Source: the human T2T-CHM13v2.0 reference genome, Homo sapiens
DNA length: 64,000 nt
Strand: one strand, 5' to 3'
Assembly: GCF_009914755.1 (NCBI RefSeq)
Contig: NC_060930.1
The stretch's first letter is position 1. Each line of letters begins with the position of its first letter. The notes below the pieces were generated by a model. The model made no database searches. It was given only the letters and a program-made list of their open reading frames with translations, and was not told the origin of the DNA. The position numbers and the translations under genes are program-made. This document shows positions 41,790 to 53,620 of the stretch, one piece after another.

Positions 41790-43408
41790 AGACTTCAGTG
41801 GCCACATACAATAAAGAATACAGTCTATACAAAAATAGTTTAGAAAATGTAATTTTCACAGTTACCACATTATAATATTGAAAATGTCTAGTTTTCAACT
41901 TCAAAAAACATGGTTATGCATGTATGAAAGTATGACTCATTCACAGGAAAAGCAATAGAAAGAAATTGTTCCTGAAGAACAATGGACTGACTTACTAGAC
42001 AAAGACTTTGAATCAACTGTTTTAACATAGTCAAAGAGCTAAAGGAAACCATGGACAAATAACTAAAGAAAATCAGGAGGACTATGTTTCACTAAATAGC
42101 AGAAATCAATAAATAATTGTGAAAAGGAAGCAAATGGAAATCTGGAGCTGAAATGTACGGGAAGCAAAATGGAAAATTGACTGGAGGGCTTCAAGAGCAG
42201 ATTTTAGTTTGCAGAATGAAGAATCAGTAAACGCAAACATAGGCCAATTGAAATTGCCCATTTGAGGAGCAGAAGGGAAAAAGTATGAAGAAAAATGAAC
42301 AGAAGAGGTCTAAGAGACAACATCAAGTATATGCATTTTGGGAGTTCCCAAAAGAGAGAAGGAAGAAGGGGGGAGAAAGAGTATTTGAAGAAATAATGAC
42401 CCCAAACTTCTGAAATTTTTTTGAAAACATGAATCTGGGTATCCAAAACACTCAAACATTTAAAGTAGCAGTAATTCAAAGATGTCCACACTGACAGACA
42501 TTATATTGAAACTGTCGAAAGTCAAAGACAAGCAGAGCATCTTGAAAACAACAAGAGAAAGGACTCATTGGGTACAAGGATCCTCCATGAGATTAACTGC
42601 CAAGTGTTCTTCAGAAACCATGGAGTTCAGAAGACATTGGCCTGACAAACTTAAAGTTCAGAAAGAAAAAAAACCTGTCTCAACTGACAGTTGCATATTT
42701 GGCAAAACTCTCCATGAGAAATAATGGAGAAATTCAGACATGCACAGGTAAATAAAAGCTGATGGCATTCATCTCTGGTAAACCTATTCTACAATTAATG
42801 CTAAAAGGAGTGCTTCACACTGAAATAAAAGGACATTAGATGGCAACTTGAAGTCATATGAAGCAAAGAAGTACACAGCTAAAAGTAACTTCATAGGTAA
42901 ATAGAAAAGCAAGTATTTTTTGGGGGGTGGTAATTTGTAACTCCTCTTTTGTTTTCTCTATTTAATTTAAAAGAAAATGCCCATCAACCGATGAACGGAT
43001 AAACAACATGTAATCTATTCTGCAATGGAATATTATTTGACCACAAAAGGAATAATGTACTGATACATGCTACAACTTGGATGAACCTTGAAAACATGTC
43101 AAATGAAAGAAGCCAGTCACAAAAGGCCATATATTGTATGACTCCATTTTAATAAAATATTCAGAAGAAGAAAATCTAGAGAGACAGAAACTGGGTTAAT
43201 GGTGCCAGGGGCTGGTGGCAGGGGAGAGTGGAAGGTGGCTGCTTAACGGGTACAGAGTTTCCTTCTAGGGTGGTGAAAATGCTCTGGAACTTGATAGTGA
43301 TGATGGCTGCATAATGTTGTGCACCTACTAAATGCTACTGCATTGTACACTTAAATGGTCACAATGGCAAATTTTGTGTTTACGTGCATTTTACCACAAC
43401 TAAAAAGA
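41790..43408 (+). mobile_element. Old L1M fragments (ORF1 region and 3' end)
   Basis: ORF1-like IILKLSKVKDKQSILKTTRE; L1MB/MC-type 3' end. Confidence 0.75.
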
Positions 43409-43527
43409 GGCTGGCAAATATATTCCAAGTTTGCTTGGGAATCTGCCCATCTGTCTTTTCCCCTCAGGATTTCATCTCTTATTCAGAGCTCACCCTTGCT
43501 CTTCTGCAAGTAGAAAGCCTCCTTTCA

Positions 43528-44508
43528 TGCAGGGACCAGTCCCACAGGGTCAGTGGGTCTCTCCCTGTGTGTGGCGATGAGAGAGTGTAGAAATAAAGAC
43601 ACAAGACAAAGAGATAAAAGAAAAGACAGCTGGGCCCGGGGGACCACTACCACAAATGCGCGGAGACCAGTAGTGGCCCCGAATGTCTGGCTGCTCTGTT
43701 ATTTATTGGATACAAAGCAAAAAGGGCAGGGTAAAGAGTGTGAGTCATCTCCAATGATAGGTAAGGTCACATGGATCATGTGTCCACTGGACAGGGGGCC
43801 CTTCCCTGCCTGGCAGCCAAGGCAGAGAGAGAGAGGAAACAAAGAGAAAGATGGCTTACGCCATTATTTCTGCATATCAGAGACTTTTAGTACTTTCACT
43901 AATTTTCTACTGCTATCTAGAAGGCAGAGCCAGGTGTGCAGGATGGAACATGAAGGCAGACTAGGAGCGTGACCACTGAAGCACAGCATCACAGGGAGAC
44001 GGTTAGGCCTCTGGATAGCTGCGGGCAAGCCTGACTGATGTCAGGCCTTCCACAAGAGGTGGAGGAGCAGAGTCTTCTCTAAACTCTAAGTCTGCTAAGT
44101 AGTGGGTGTTGTTCCTTGACACTTTTCGCTACCGCTAGACCATGGTTCGCCTGGCAACAGGCGTCTTCCCAGACGCTGGCATCACCGCTAGACCAAGGAG
44201 CCCTCTGGTGGCCCTGTCCGGGCATAACAGAAGGCTTGCACTCTTGTCTTCTGGTCGCACCTCACTATGTCCCCTCATCTCCTATCTCTGTATGGCCTGG
44301 TTTTTCTTAGGTTATGATTATAGAGTGAGGATTATTATAATATTGGAATAAAGAGTAATTGCTACCAACTAATGATTAATGATATTCATATATAATCATA
44401 TCTAAGCTCTATATCTGGTACAACTATTCTTGTTTTATATTTTATTATACTAGAACAGCTCGTGTCCTTGGTCTCTTGCCTCGGCACCTGGGTGGCTTGC
44501 CACCCACA
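43528..44508 (-). mobile_element. LTR13 solo LTR (HERV-K13/HML-4)
   Basis: Minus strand starts TGTGGGTGGCAAGCCACCCAGGTGCCGAGGC and ends GGTCCCTGCA; 6-bp TSD CTTTCA at 43522-43527 and 44509-44514. Confidence 0.9.
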
Positions 44509-45374
44509 CTTTCAGAACACGGTCCAAGATCAGCCAGGTCCAAACCCCAAAATGACTTTCTGTCTTGCTTCCAAATGCTCAGATGCAACTCTGGGGCTAA
44601 CTTCAGGGGAAGTTAGGAGATTATCCAAATAAGATGGTTCACTGGGAGAAAGAATGTTTGGCTTTAATGTTAGGGAAGTTATGTTTGCATTTCTAAAAAG
44701 GATCCTGCTCACCAGTGAATATATGGTTTTTGTCTGTGCAGAATGGAGTTCTCAGCAGAGGAATGAAAGACAGCCCTAGGAACATGATACACCTCATGGG
44801 TAGCTGACTGACCCACCCATCTGCCACCCCCAGCTGAAGGAAGCAGCTAGACTGTACCCTTCGCCCATCCTTCAGTTGTATTACACTGGACGTGGACCCT
44901 CTACAAGTTTGGACATTCCTGGATCTCAGTTGCTCTTCCTGCTGTTGAGGAGTCTCCACTGGTGTGGCTCATGCCTAGATGGGCTCTGCAGGAGGCTTAG
45001 TGTCTCCCAGTTCTCAAGGCTAATATTCAGTGAACCCAGACAAAGCCTCAAAGTACACAGGGGCTCAGATTTTCATCTATGAAATGGAAGAATCCATCTC
45101 CCTCTTTCAGGTGTAGTGGTAATTATATATATACATATATATAGACACACACATTTATACACGAACACATACATGACAATCAGTAATCTATATATTGATG
45201 GTGTTCTTAGTGTTGCCTTTATTGCTCAGCTGAACTCTATAACCAAAAATTGGATCATGGATTGTGAAGGAAGAACTCATTTCTTTTCTCTGGTGGAGCA
45301 CTCGGTAGGCATTTCTGCCCTTTGGGTTCAAATGAGAAAGTAGCTTTAGCCTGAGGGAGAAAGAAGATTATGAC

Positions 45375-45552
45375 TATTATTATTATTATTATAGAGATAA
45401 GGTCTTGCTATGTTGCCCAGGCTGGAGTGCAGTGACTATTCACAGCTGTGATCATAGTGGACTACGTCCTTGAACTTCTGGGCTCCAGCAATGTTCCAGC
45501 CTCGGCCTCCTGAGTAGCTGGGACTACAGGTGCATGCCACCATGTCTGGCCT
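45375..45552 (-). mobile_element. Alu monomer (FLAM/FAM-like) with (TTA)n tail
   Basis: Antisense single Alu arm. Confidence 0.75.
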
Positions 45553-46239
45553 CATTTCATTGTTATTTTACTTCAAATGCTTTATTTTAAATGTTAAAAT
45601 ATATGTTTTTATATTCAAAAGTGAAACCCTATTTGATCACAGAAGACTTTAAGATGCACAGACAGTTAGAAACATCACCTAGACCTTTCTTTAAAAAATC
45701 ACTGCTATTATATTGTTGAACCTTTGTAGACTGCAGTGCAAATGGCGGTCCCTGGAGCTGTCTTGTGCAGTGGTGCTGATCTTCATTTTGTTATTTTCTA
45801 TATATGTATTTTTATATATGCTGTCATTTTACAAAGTTGCATTCATATGTTAAGGGTTATCTTGGATGTTGCTTTTGGAATGTATTATTATACAAGTAGT
45901 TTTCCATGTTATAAGCTCTGCATAAAGTTTATACACTTTTTCAAGCCATATCCCATTTCAGATAAGAAGATGTAACCCAACTTCTTTTTTTGGATCCGTC
46001 TGCCTTCATTTCGTCTTGTTGTAAATAATGTTTTGACAAGCATCTTTATATAGAAAGATTCTTCTATGTTTGGAATTTTAGAAAATTCATAGAATACTCA
46101 AGCGATAAACATTAGGACACAGACTTTTAAACATTTTTAATTATTTTCATCACATTGTCACATTGGTTCTCTAAATCGTCATACTGACATATTCCACCTC
46201 ACCTTTCAGGACATGCTAGGACTCAAGGCTATTTATGCA

Positions 46240-46980
46240 TCTGGAATCACAGAGGGGTGTTGGGGGTGAATGTTGAGTGGAATCACAGGGTCTTGAGGGC
46301 AACTCCCTCAGAGAAGACCATTACCTTTTCGTTAGGGAAAGCTGGATTAACTTCGCCAAATGTGGTTGAATGAAACTGGCAAATAATTCTCAGAGGAATT
46401 TAGGAGTTCAGTGTCTTTAGCTTCATTAGGATCTGCCCAGATGTCCCCATTCTGATTTTCAGGATCCCATTTATTCCCAATCAATGCCTTCACTTAAATA
46501 ACAGATATTCTTTAAGTTTGGGATTTGTTTTGTGTTGTAATTTAGCTACCCACAGAATGAGACGCTGCGTTTATTTTTCAGAAATTTCAGCCCTGCAGCT
46601 ACAGGAGATTAGGATTTCATTCAAAGGAAACATAGAAACTTTTAGGTGATTTATGTGACTCGTGAGCTGGAAGTTTGCAGCCCTGAGTTCATCTTTTTCT
46701 TTCCCCATTTTGTCCAGCACAATTGGCAAAAATTAGCTAATCACCTTATAATAGCTAGTTTAACAAAGTCTTCTAAGGTCTCAAATACATAGTCACCCAG
46801 ATCTTATAAGTATTTGATTAGGTCTATCCAATGGTGATATTCTGAGTATTCACACTCTCTGTACTAATGGAAATAGAGTCATTTGTGCCTTTAAATCCAA
46901 ATAGATTAGAGAAACAATTCAAGAAACCCTCCCCCCCACCAAATTCAGTACATTCATTCTTAAAATTCTGTTCCAGTGTC
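46240..46980 (-). mobile_element. ERVL internal (gag-region) fragment
   Basis: Resembles the HERVL/HERV16 5' internal region; very diverged. Confidence 0.5.
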
Positions 46981-47561
46981 CCTATGCCCCAGTAAGCTAG
47001 GCTGGGCATGGTCTGAGGCTTGGTGGGCCAAGGACAGCTGGCTCAGCTGGGGTGCACTATGCACTGGTGGGTCAGCAGCCCAGAATGGTGCTGGGTTTAT
47101 GGGCACCAAGCCTATTCGGGAGTTGCACACACTGAGTTGGGCTCCAGTGGCCCCTAGGCTTCTAAGGGGCACTCTCCTCCTGCTAGTGCCAAGCTAAGCT
47201 GTGGGGAGCAGCATGCCTCTGCATGCTGCCTGACAAACTGCAGCCCCAGCCCCTGCCACAGACACCCTGGCCTGTACCCTAGTGCTTTGTATGGCTGTGG
47301 CTGTTCAGCCCCTACTTCTGATCCCCTAGGACTGGGAGCAGCCCGCCTGGGGGAGACCATCAGGATGTCTATGGAAGGCTGCTTCATGCTACAAGGGCAG
47401 AGTTAAGTCTTTGGTATAGAGACTGGTTGGCAAAGTTGAAAATGTTGCCCCAGGTCCTTTTGGGGATTATTTACCAGCCCCTGGTTTGAGTGTTGTCTGG
47501 CAGGACCCAGGCTCTGGGAGCTGATCCTCCCTCACTCAAGGCCTGCTGCAGCCTCCCGCAG

Positions 47562-47869
47562 AGGTCTTGAAACCATCAGGAGCAGTTGTTCTTTGGCCTC
47601 CGGGACACCGCAGGGCTGAGTTGCTCCCTGCCTGGAGGTGGTCCCATGGGGCCCACTGTCTGGGTCAAGGATGGTGCAGAGCTGGTGTCCTCAAAATGCA
47701 TCCTGGTGGAGCCCCAGCAGCTGCAGGTGCTGACTGCCTCTCACGAGGACCCTGGGGGCCTGCAGCTGCAGCGACTCACCCAGCATGAGCGGTGCCACTC
47801 AGTGTGCACATGACAGATGCTCCATCCTCAGGAGATGACAAAGACGGGGAGGACAAGGTGAAGACACAG
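47562..47869 (+). pseudogene. FGFR3P1: FGFR3 pseudogene fragment (Ig-I domain and acid box)
   Basis: [35 protein letters not shown] and TDAPSSGDDKDGED match FGFR3 exons 3-4; frameshifts. Confidence 0.92.
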
Positions 47870-48049
47870 GTGCATCATCTCCTACTCACTTCATCTGGCA
47901 CATTAGAAACCTGTCCTCGGCTCATGCACAAATCCACCTTTGGGTGGCCACAGGCTCCAGCTTACTACAGAGGCCATGTGTACTCTGTGTAATCAACACA
48001 CCCCAGCTTCTTCCCACCTCCAGTCATCTCACTGTATCTGACATGATGC

Positions 48050-48230
48050 CAGCAGATTGTCTCAGCTCAAATTCCAGCTCCATTACTTACTGCTGTGTGA
48101 CCTTGACCAAGTCACTTAACCTCTCTGTGCTTCACGAGCTTCCATTGTAAATGCGTGTGTTTACATATGCCAAGTACCCAGAAAGATGTCTGGAACATGG
48201 CAACACCCACCACAGAAGTAGTAGCTGCAA
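48050..48230 (+). mobile_element. MIR element
   Basis: TGTGTGACCTTGACCAAGTCACTTAACCTCTCTGTGC core. Confidence 0.8.
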
Positions 48231-50269
48231 TTATTGCCTCATTAAAACAGTGGAGATGTCACCCATCAGGGCTAGAGAGAATTTGGGAAATCCTGATCTG
48301 CTTCTGGTTTCAGGTGGGGAATCCTGTAGGACCAGCAGGAACACGGCTGCCTCAGTGCAGCTGGCACAGGGCACTGCCAGCCCAGAGCAACTCAGAGCTC
48401 AGAACACTCTGGGGTCCGAAGTCCGAACTGCTGGGGCTCAACTGTGGCGTCAGTTATGGAATGTGGACCCCTCCCTAGGGAGTCTCCCGGGCTCAAAGTC
48501 TTCCCTCAACTCCAGAAATTCAAACCCAACACTGACCTCACGGAGTTCTGAAGGTTAAGGAGGAGACACGTGAAAAGTGCCTGGTGGACACCAGGGATGC
48601 CAGTGAGATGGGGGACAATGGTGAGGCAGAGTGGAGGGGCAGGTGCCCCCTCCTCAGTATGTCTCCCCCAGGTGCTGTGAGGACAGGTGGAGGCTGTCTC
48701 CAGGCTCTCACCCGGCCACACACCAGCACGTCTCCAGGTTCCTCTCAGCCCCGGTTACCCCCAGCCCTGCAGTTAATCCCTGAGCTGGGAAGGAGCCCTT
48801 GAATCCACCCTGTCCTGTGTCACAGTGTCGTCCACTCGGGCTCACATTGCCACTAGGCCACTTGGCAGCCAAGGGATGGAGCCACGTTTTGTACTTTCTG
48901 AAACATGGCTTCACCTTCAAGTGCGGGTGATGACAGTGCCACAAAGAACAAATGTTACTGTCTATCCTCATCGACCATAATTTTCCAGTTTTCCAACCCT
49001 CAGGGAGCAAGGAAGAGCATGGCTTCCACCAAAGGGCGTGAGGTCAGCAGTCATAGGGGCAACCAACAGGCAAAGACCCCTGAAAATAGACCCCGCAGGG
49101 AAGCACAAGTATTCACTGACGGTGGGAACCCCACAGATCTGGCTGTCTTCAAGCACATCAGAGAGATTGCCATGAGGAGCAACTTAGCCAGAAAGACTTA
49201 TTTGCCTCCTCAAAAAGCGTAAAATTATGTAACATAATACTTTAAAAATTTCTATCAACACAAAACTAATCTGGGCGCAGTGGCTTCCGGTGAGCCACTG
49301 GGACAGACGGCATCGTCAGGAAGGCTGGCTCTGTGGTGCCTCAACCTGCCAGAGCCCAGGATGGTGGTGGCCTCCCCAGAAGCACCTGGCAACTCACCTG
49401 CACAGGGCCAGGGTCCCAGCTCCCCCCACCCCAGCCACCACACCTTCTTCTGCTTTTTTTTTTCCCCATTATTGTTTCTTTCTTTCTTTTTCTTTCTTTC
49501 TTTTTTTTTTTTTTTTTTTTTTGTCAAATCTCAAGGAAAAATACATAGTTGCCAGAGGGTGGAAGGTCCTGTTCATTCACATTGAAAAGCTCGGGTATTT
49601 CTATTAGAATCACATGTTTTACTTTAGGATGCTGATGCCTGTGTCCATCTCAACCTGGGCATTGTGCTGCCACCTTCCAGAAGAGAAAAACTAGGTAGTG
49701 CCTTGTGAAGGGGCAGCGTTTCTCATTTCCAACAACGTCAGTCCCACAGCCACCCAGATGAGTAGATGGGGGACACAGGGGAGGACCCAGACCTGCTCTC
49801 CTCCCACAGCACATTCTTGAGTCTTGGAAAGAGTTGTGAAAATGCCACAGGTACTAACACCTGCAGGCCACTCCCACAGGGACAACTCCGTGAGGCGGTG
49901 CCACTCATTCCCACAACCTCCTGCCACAGGCAACACTTAACACTTAGACAGTGACCCAAGGCCGACCAGGGAGGACGCCAGCCAGGATGTGTCATCCTCA
50001 GCTCTTCAGGACATGATGCCAGCAGGGGCAAAGTTATCCCTAGCAACAAGACAGAGGAAGAAAGGATAACAGAAGAAAGGACAATGTCACAGTAGCCCCC
50101 ATGACCAACAGAGACGGTTCCAGAAGTGCAGGACAACTCCATATGCAGATGCTGTTGCTGTGCGATTACACTCCAAGAGGGGAGTCCAGCTGGCTCTCAG
50201 GGTGCTCGCTGCCCTCAGCTGGGGGCCTGCAGGACATCAAGTCCTGAGAATGCCAGGTTCTAGTGGAGT

Positions 50270-51406
50270 AGGATGAACTGACAGATACACAGCAAAGCTC
50301 CACATACTTTTCCTTTTCTTTGTGCCTGCAAAGTTCTTCTTCAGTGTCTCTCTCTTTTCAGCTACTACTGCTGGTTGGTTTAAAAAAACAGGACAATAGT
50401 AAAAATTAGAGACAAGTGTTTGGCCATAAAGAGAAACACTGGCTACCTCCCGTATTTTCAAGCGTGGGTGATGGTTGTAGTTTTCCATCTCACCTTGTAG
50501 GGGATGAATCCAGAAAAAGCTTCTGTTACAAATCAAAATGGACATGCCAGAAGTATTAGCTCAAATCAACCTTGTCCTGTCTAACCACTCAGTGACCCAA
50601 AATACCACTTGGACTATTAATCTCAGGGGCCAGAGAATGGAGCTGGAGAAGGAGTTGTTAGATCGGGGACAAATAACCATGTTATAGTGGCAATAGGAAA
50701 TGGAAGACCATTTGCTCATAACCACTGAATCACAGCAAGGTGTATAAACACACATCATTGACTGATAGTTTCAGTTCTATGCCCAAGAAAATCATCGATG
50801 GAGTGAAGTAATTGAACTATCACAGAAGATACATTTGTATTTTTTCTTTTTTCAACTTTTAGTTTCAGGGGGTGTGTATATATATAATATTTGTGTATAT
50901 AAAATAATATATATATTATTAAAGAAAGCCTTTGTACAGTTTGCTGGAGCCACAGAAGCACCACTCCAGAGCAGAGCAATGCCTTAAATCTTCAGTGTTC
51001 ATTTGTAGAACATTCACTAGCAGCTACAAAAGTGACTTAATTTTCTTCTGGAAATAATGCTTGCCTGTTGTGAGATGTTGGAATATATATGAACCATCAT
51101 TACATGTTAACATGCCATAAGGAGTTTTTGATACCTGATTCACATTATTAGAGTTGCTTCTTAGTATCCATGTGAATTTTCACTCCAAAACACAAGCCAG
51201 AAGCTTGAGTGAAGGACACCTAGGGCAAATGGTGGCTGAAAGTGAGGAAGATCCAAATTACTGTTGCTTGTACTGTATTAGGAAAAGAAAACAATTCTTC
51301 TCTTCTTTGCCAATTAAATTCTTAATTGCTAATTTATAATTATGCTTATATACATTTCAACATTTTAATAAAGTATTTTTTATGGTTAGCTATAAAATTT
51401 TTAAAA
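50270..51406 (+). pseudogene. ZDHHC20P2: 5'-truncated ZDHHC20 processed pseudogene (C-terminal CDS and 3'UTR)
   Basis: Translates to ELTDT..KLHILFLFFV.., SKN*RQVFGHKEKHWLPPVFSSVGDGCSFP, MNPEKASVTNQN, SGTNNHV; AATAAA near 51366. Confidence 0.85.
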
Positions 51407-51482
51407 AGATTCTGTTCCTCTAGAACCACTCTTCGTACCACAGTCTCTATCAGTCCAGATTCTTCAGAGAAGCAGAATCAAT

Positions 51483-51485
<3 letters not shown>

Positions 51486-51521
<36 letters not shown>
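51486..51521 (+). repeat. (GT)18 microsatellite, probably marker MIB, inside an MLT2-type LTR fragment (about 51445-51755)
   Basis: Repeat read directly; flanks match primers recalled for MIB (51438-51783, 346 bp). Confidence 0.75.
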
Positions 51522-51523
<2 letters not shown>

Positions 51524-51756
51524 TTGTATTTGTATTCATATTATGATATTTATTCATGTGATTATTAGGGCGGTAAGTATGAAAATCTGCAGGATAAGCT
51601 AGCAGGCTGAAAACGCAGAAAGAAGATGTTCTAATTCTGAGGCAGGATTTCTTCTTCTCTGGGAAACCTCAGTTTCTGCTCTCAGAGTCTTCTACTGATC
51701 GGGTGAAGCCCATCCACATTATTGATGGTAATTTTCTTTTTGTAAAGTCAGCTAAT

Positions 51757-52450
51757 TCAGCATGGGGAAGGGGGTCATGGTAGACATGGGGGAGGGCTGG
51801 TCTCTCCACCTTCTCACATTAGGCTAACAGGGACGCAGACACATTCAGATGCCTTTGCAGAAAGAGACACCAGAGGCTCTTGAAGTCACAAAGGGGAGGC
51901 ATGAAGAAATACTGCATCTCAGTCCCTCACAAGACAGCTGCCTCAGGCTACAGAAAACAATAGTCATGAACAAATTCAGGTCAGTGGCCATAAAGCGTAA
52001 CACTCTGAACTCCCCACTACACACTCAAAGTGTCCCAAAGAATCACCGTAATCCAGTCTTGTCCCCTGTACCCCATCCCCCTTCCACATAAGGCCCTCCA
52101 GGACGCCACCTTTACAAGCTGTGAGAGACACATCACAGCCCTGGTCACTGTCACTGCCTGGGGTAGAACAAAAACAGGACCTGGTCAGAGCCTGCAGGAG
52201 ATGTGGGAGAGGAGGAATTATGGCATAGGTGAGCTCCTCCACATCCGTCTCCCATAGTTACACACAGCCTGAGCACCTCCTTCTCTGCCTCTGGGAAGAA
52301 ATCATCCTGTGAGGGGCTAGGGAGGAGACAGGGCCATGAGGTCCTAGAGGAACCCCCTAGTCTTGGACCCCAGAGAAGTTTCCAAAACTGTGACTGCAGA
52401 CCCAGGGCAGGAAACATGAGGAAAGCAGGTGTGAGGACTGAACCAACTGC
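51757..52450 (-). pseudogene. HLA-S: HLA class I 3' gene fragment (part of intron 5, exons 6, 7, part of 8)
   Basis: Clear paralogy to 24000-24710 of HLA-B; exon 7 at 52110-52157 encodes SDSDQGCDVSLTACK; no exons 1-5. Confidence 0.92.
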
Positions 52451-52669
52451 ACGGTATGTAAAGACATACTTGGTACATAGTAGATACAAAGTTAGCTTTG
52501 GTCTTTGGTGAATTCATGAATATGATTGTATTAAAATGTAATTGCATTGCATAAAAATTATAAAATGAAGAATACCAAAAAATTAGGAAAGATTTTATCT
52601 TATACAAGGAGTGTACATTTCAATTCACTAGTTTATTCCAATAGAGAAAATGTTATATGCTTATCTGTT

Positions 52670-53620
52670 GGCCTATGTATGAATTTTCTGTTACTGCATA
52701 ACATATTACCACTAACTCACTGGCTCTACACAGCACCCATTTATTTCTCTACATTTCCTTAATGAGAAATCCAGGCCTGGTGTGAATGATTCTCAGTTCA
52801 GGATTTCACGAAGCTGTGTCCTCATCTTGAGGCTGGGGTCCTCCTTCAAGCTTATACAGAGCTTGGTGGCAGAATTCAGTTTCAGGCAGTTGTGAGATTG
52901 TAGTCCTTGTTCCTGGGCAGCTGTCAGGTGGAGGTGGGGTGGAGCTGCTCTCAATTCCTGGAGCCCGCCATATCCTTTGCCACATGGCCCCTTCATTTTC
53001 AAAGCTCACAGCGGAGGAAGCCCCTCACGTTGAATCTCGCTCACACTGTGAATCTCTTTGCTGAAGAAGAAATAAGTTGTTTTAAGAGCTCACCTGATTA
53101 GGACAGTCCAAGGCAGGATAATCATGGCCTTAAAGTCAACTGATTTGGGACCTTGCTTATATCTGCAGAATCCCTTCACAGCGGCACCTACAGTAGTGTT
53201 GATTGAGTAACTGGGGAAGGTGAATCACCAGGGGTGGTTATGTGGAGGCCATCACTGAATCATCCTCGCATAGCCAGGATCTTCCTTTTCTGTTTAATTG
53301 GGTCACAGTAGGAAACTGAAGTTCAAATAAATAGATTGTTGTGAATGTTAATAAAATACATCCTATTGATACATGGAAATACTGAAATCTTAAAACCAAA
53401 TAACACTGAATATCTTTTAGTTAATTTAGAGTAAATAAAAATTAAAGTGTAGTAATTCATTCTCTCTTTTGAAGCGCTATTGTCTATTGTTGTATAATAA
53501 ATAACATAAAGTTTGACAACCCAAAACAACAAATTCTTATCATCTCCCACAGTTTCCAGTGGTCAGGAATCTGGGAGAGATTTCCTTGAGTGCTTCTGGC
53601 TCAGAGCCTCTCACCAGGTT
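52670..53620. mobile_element. MLT1-type MaLR LTR fragments
   Basis: MLT1-like motifs (TATCATCTCCCACAGTTTCCAGTGGTCAGGAATCTGGG). Confidence 0.55.

Noticed and set aside
49255-49607. Lys-rich and Phe-rich ORFs
   Set aside because: Artefacts of the poly-T tract
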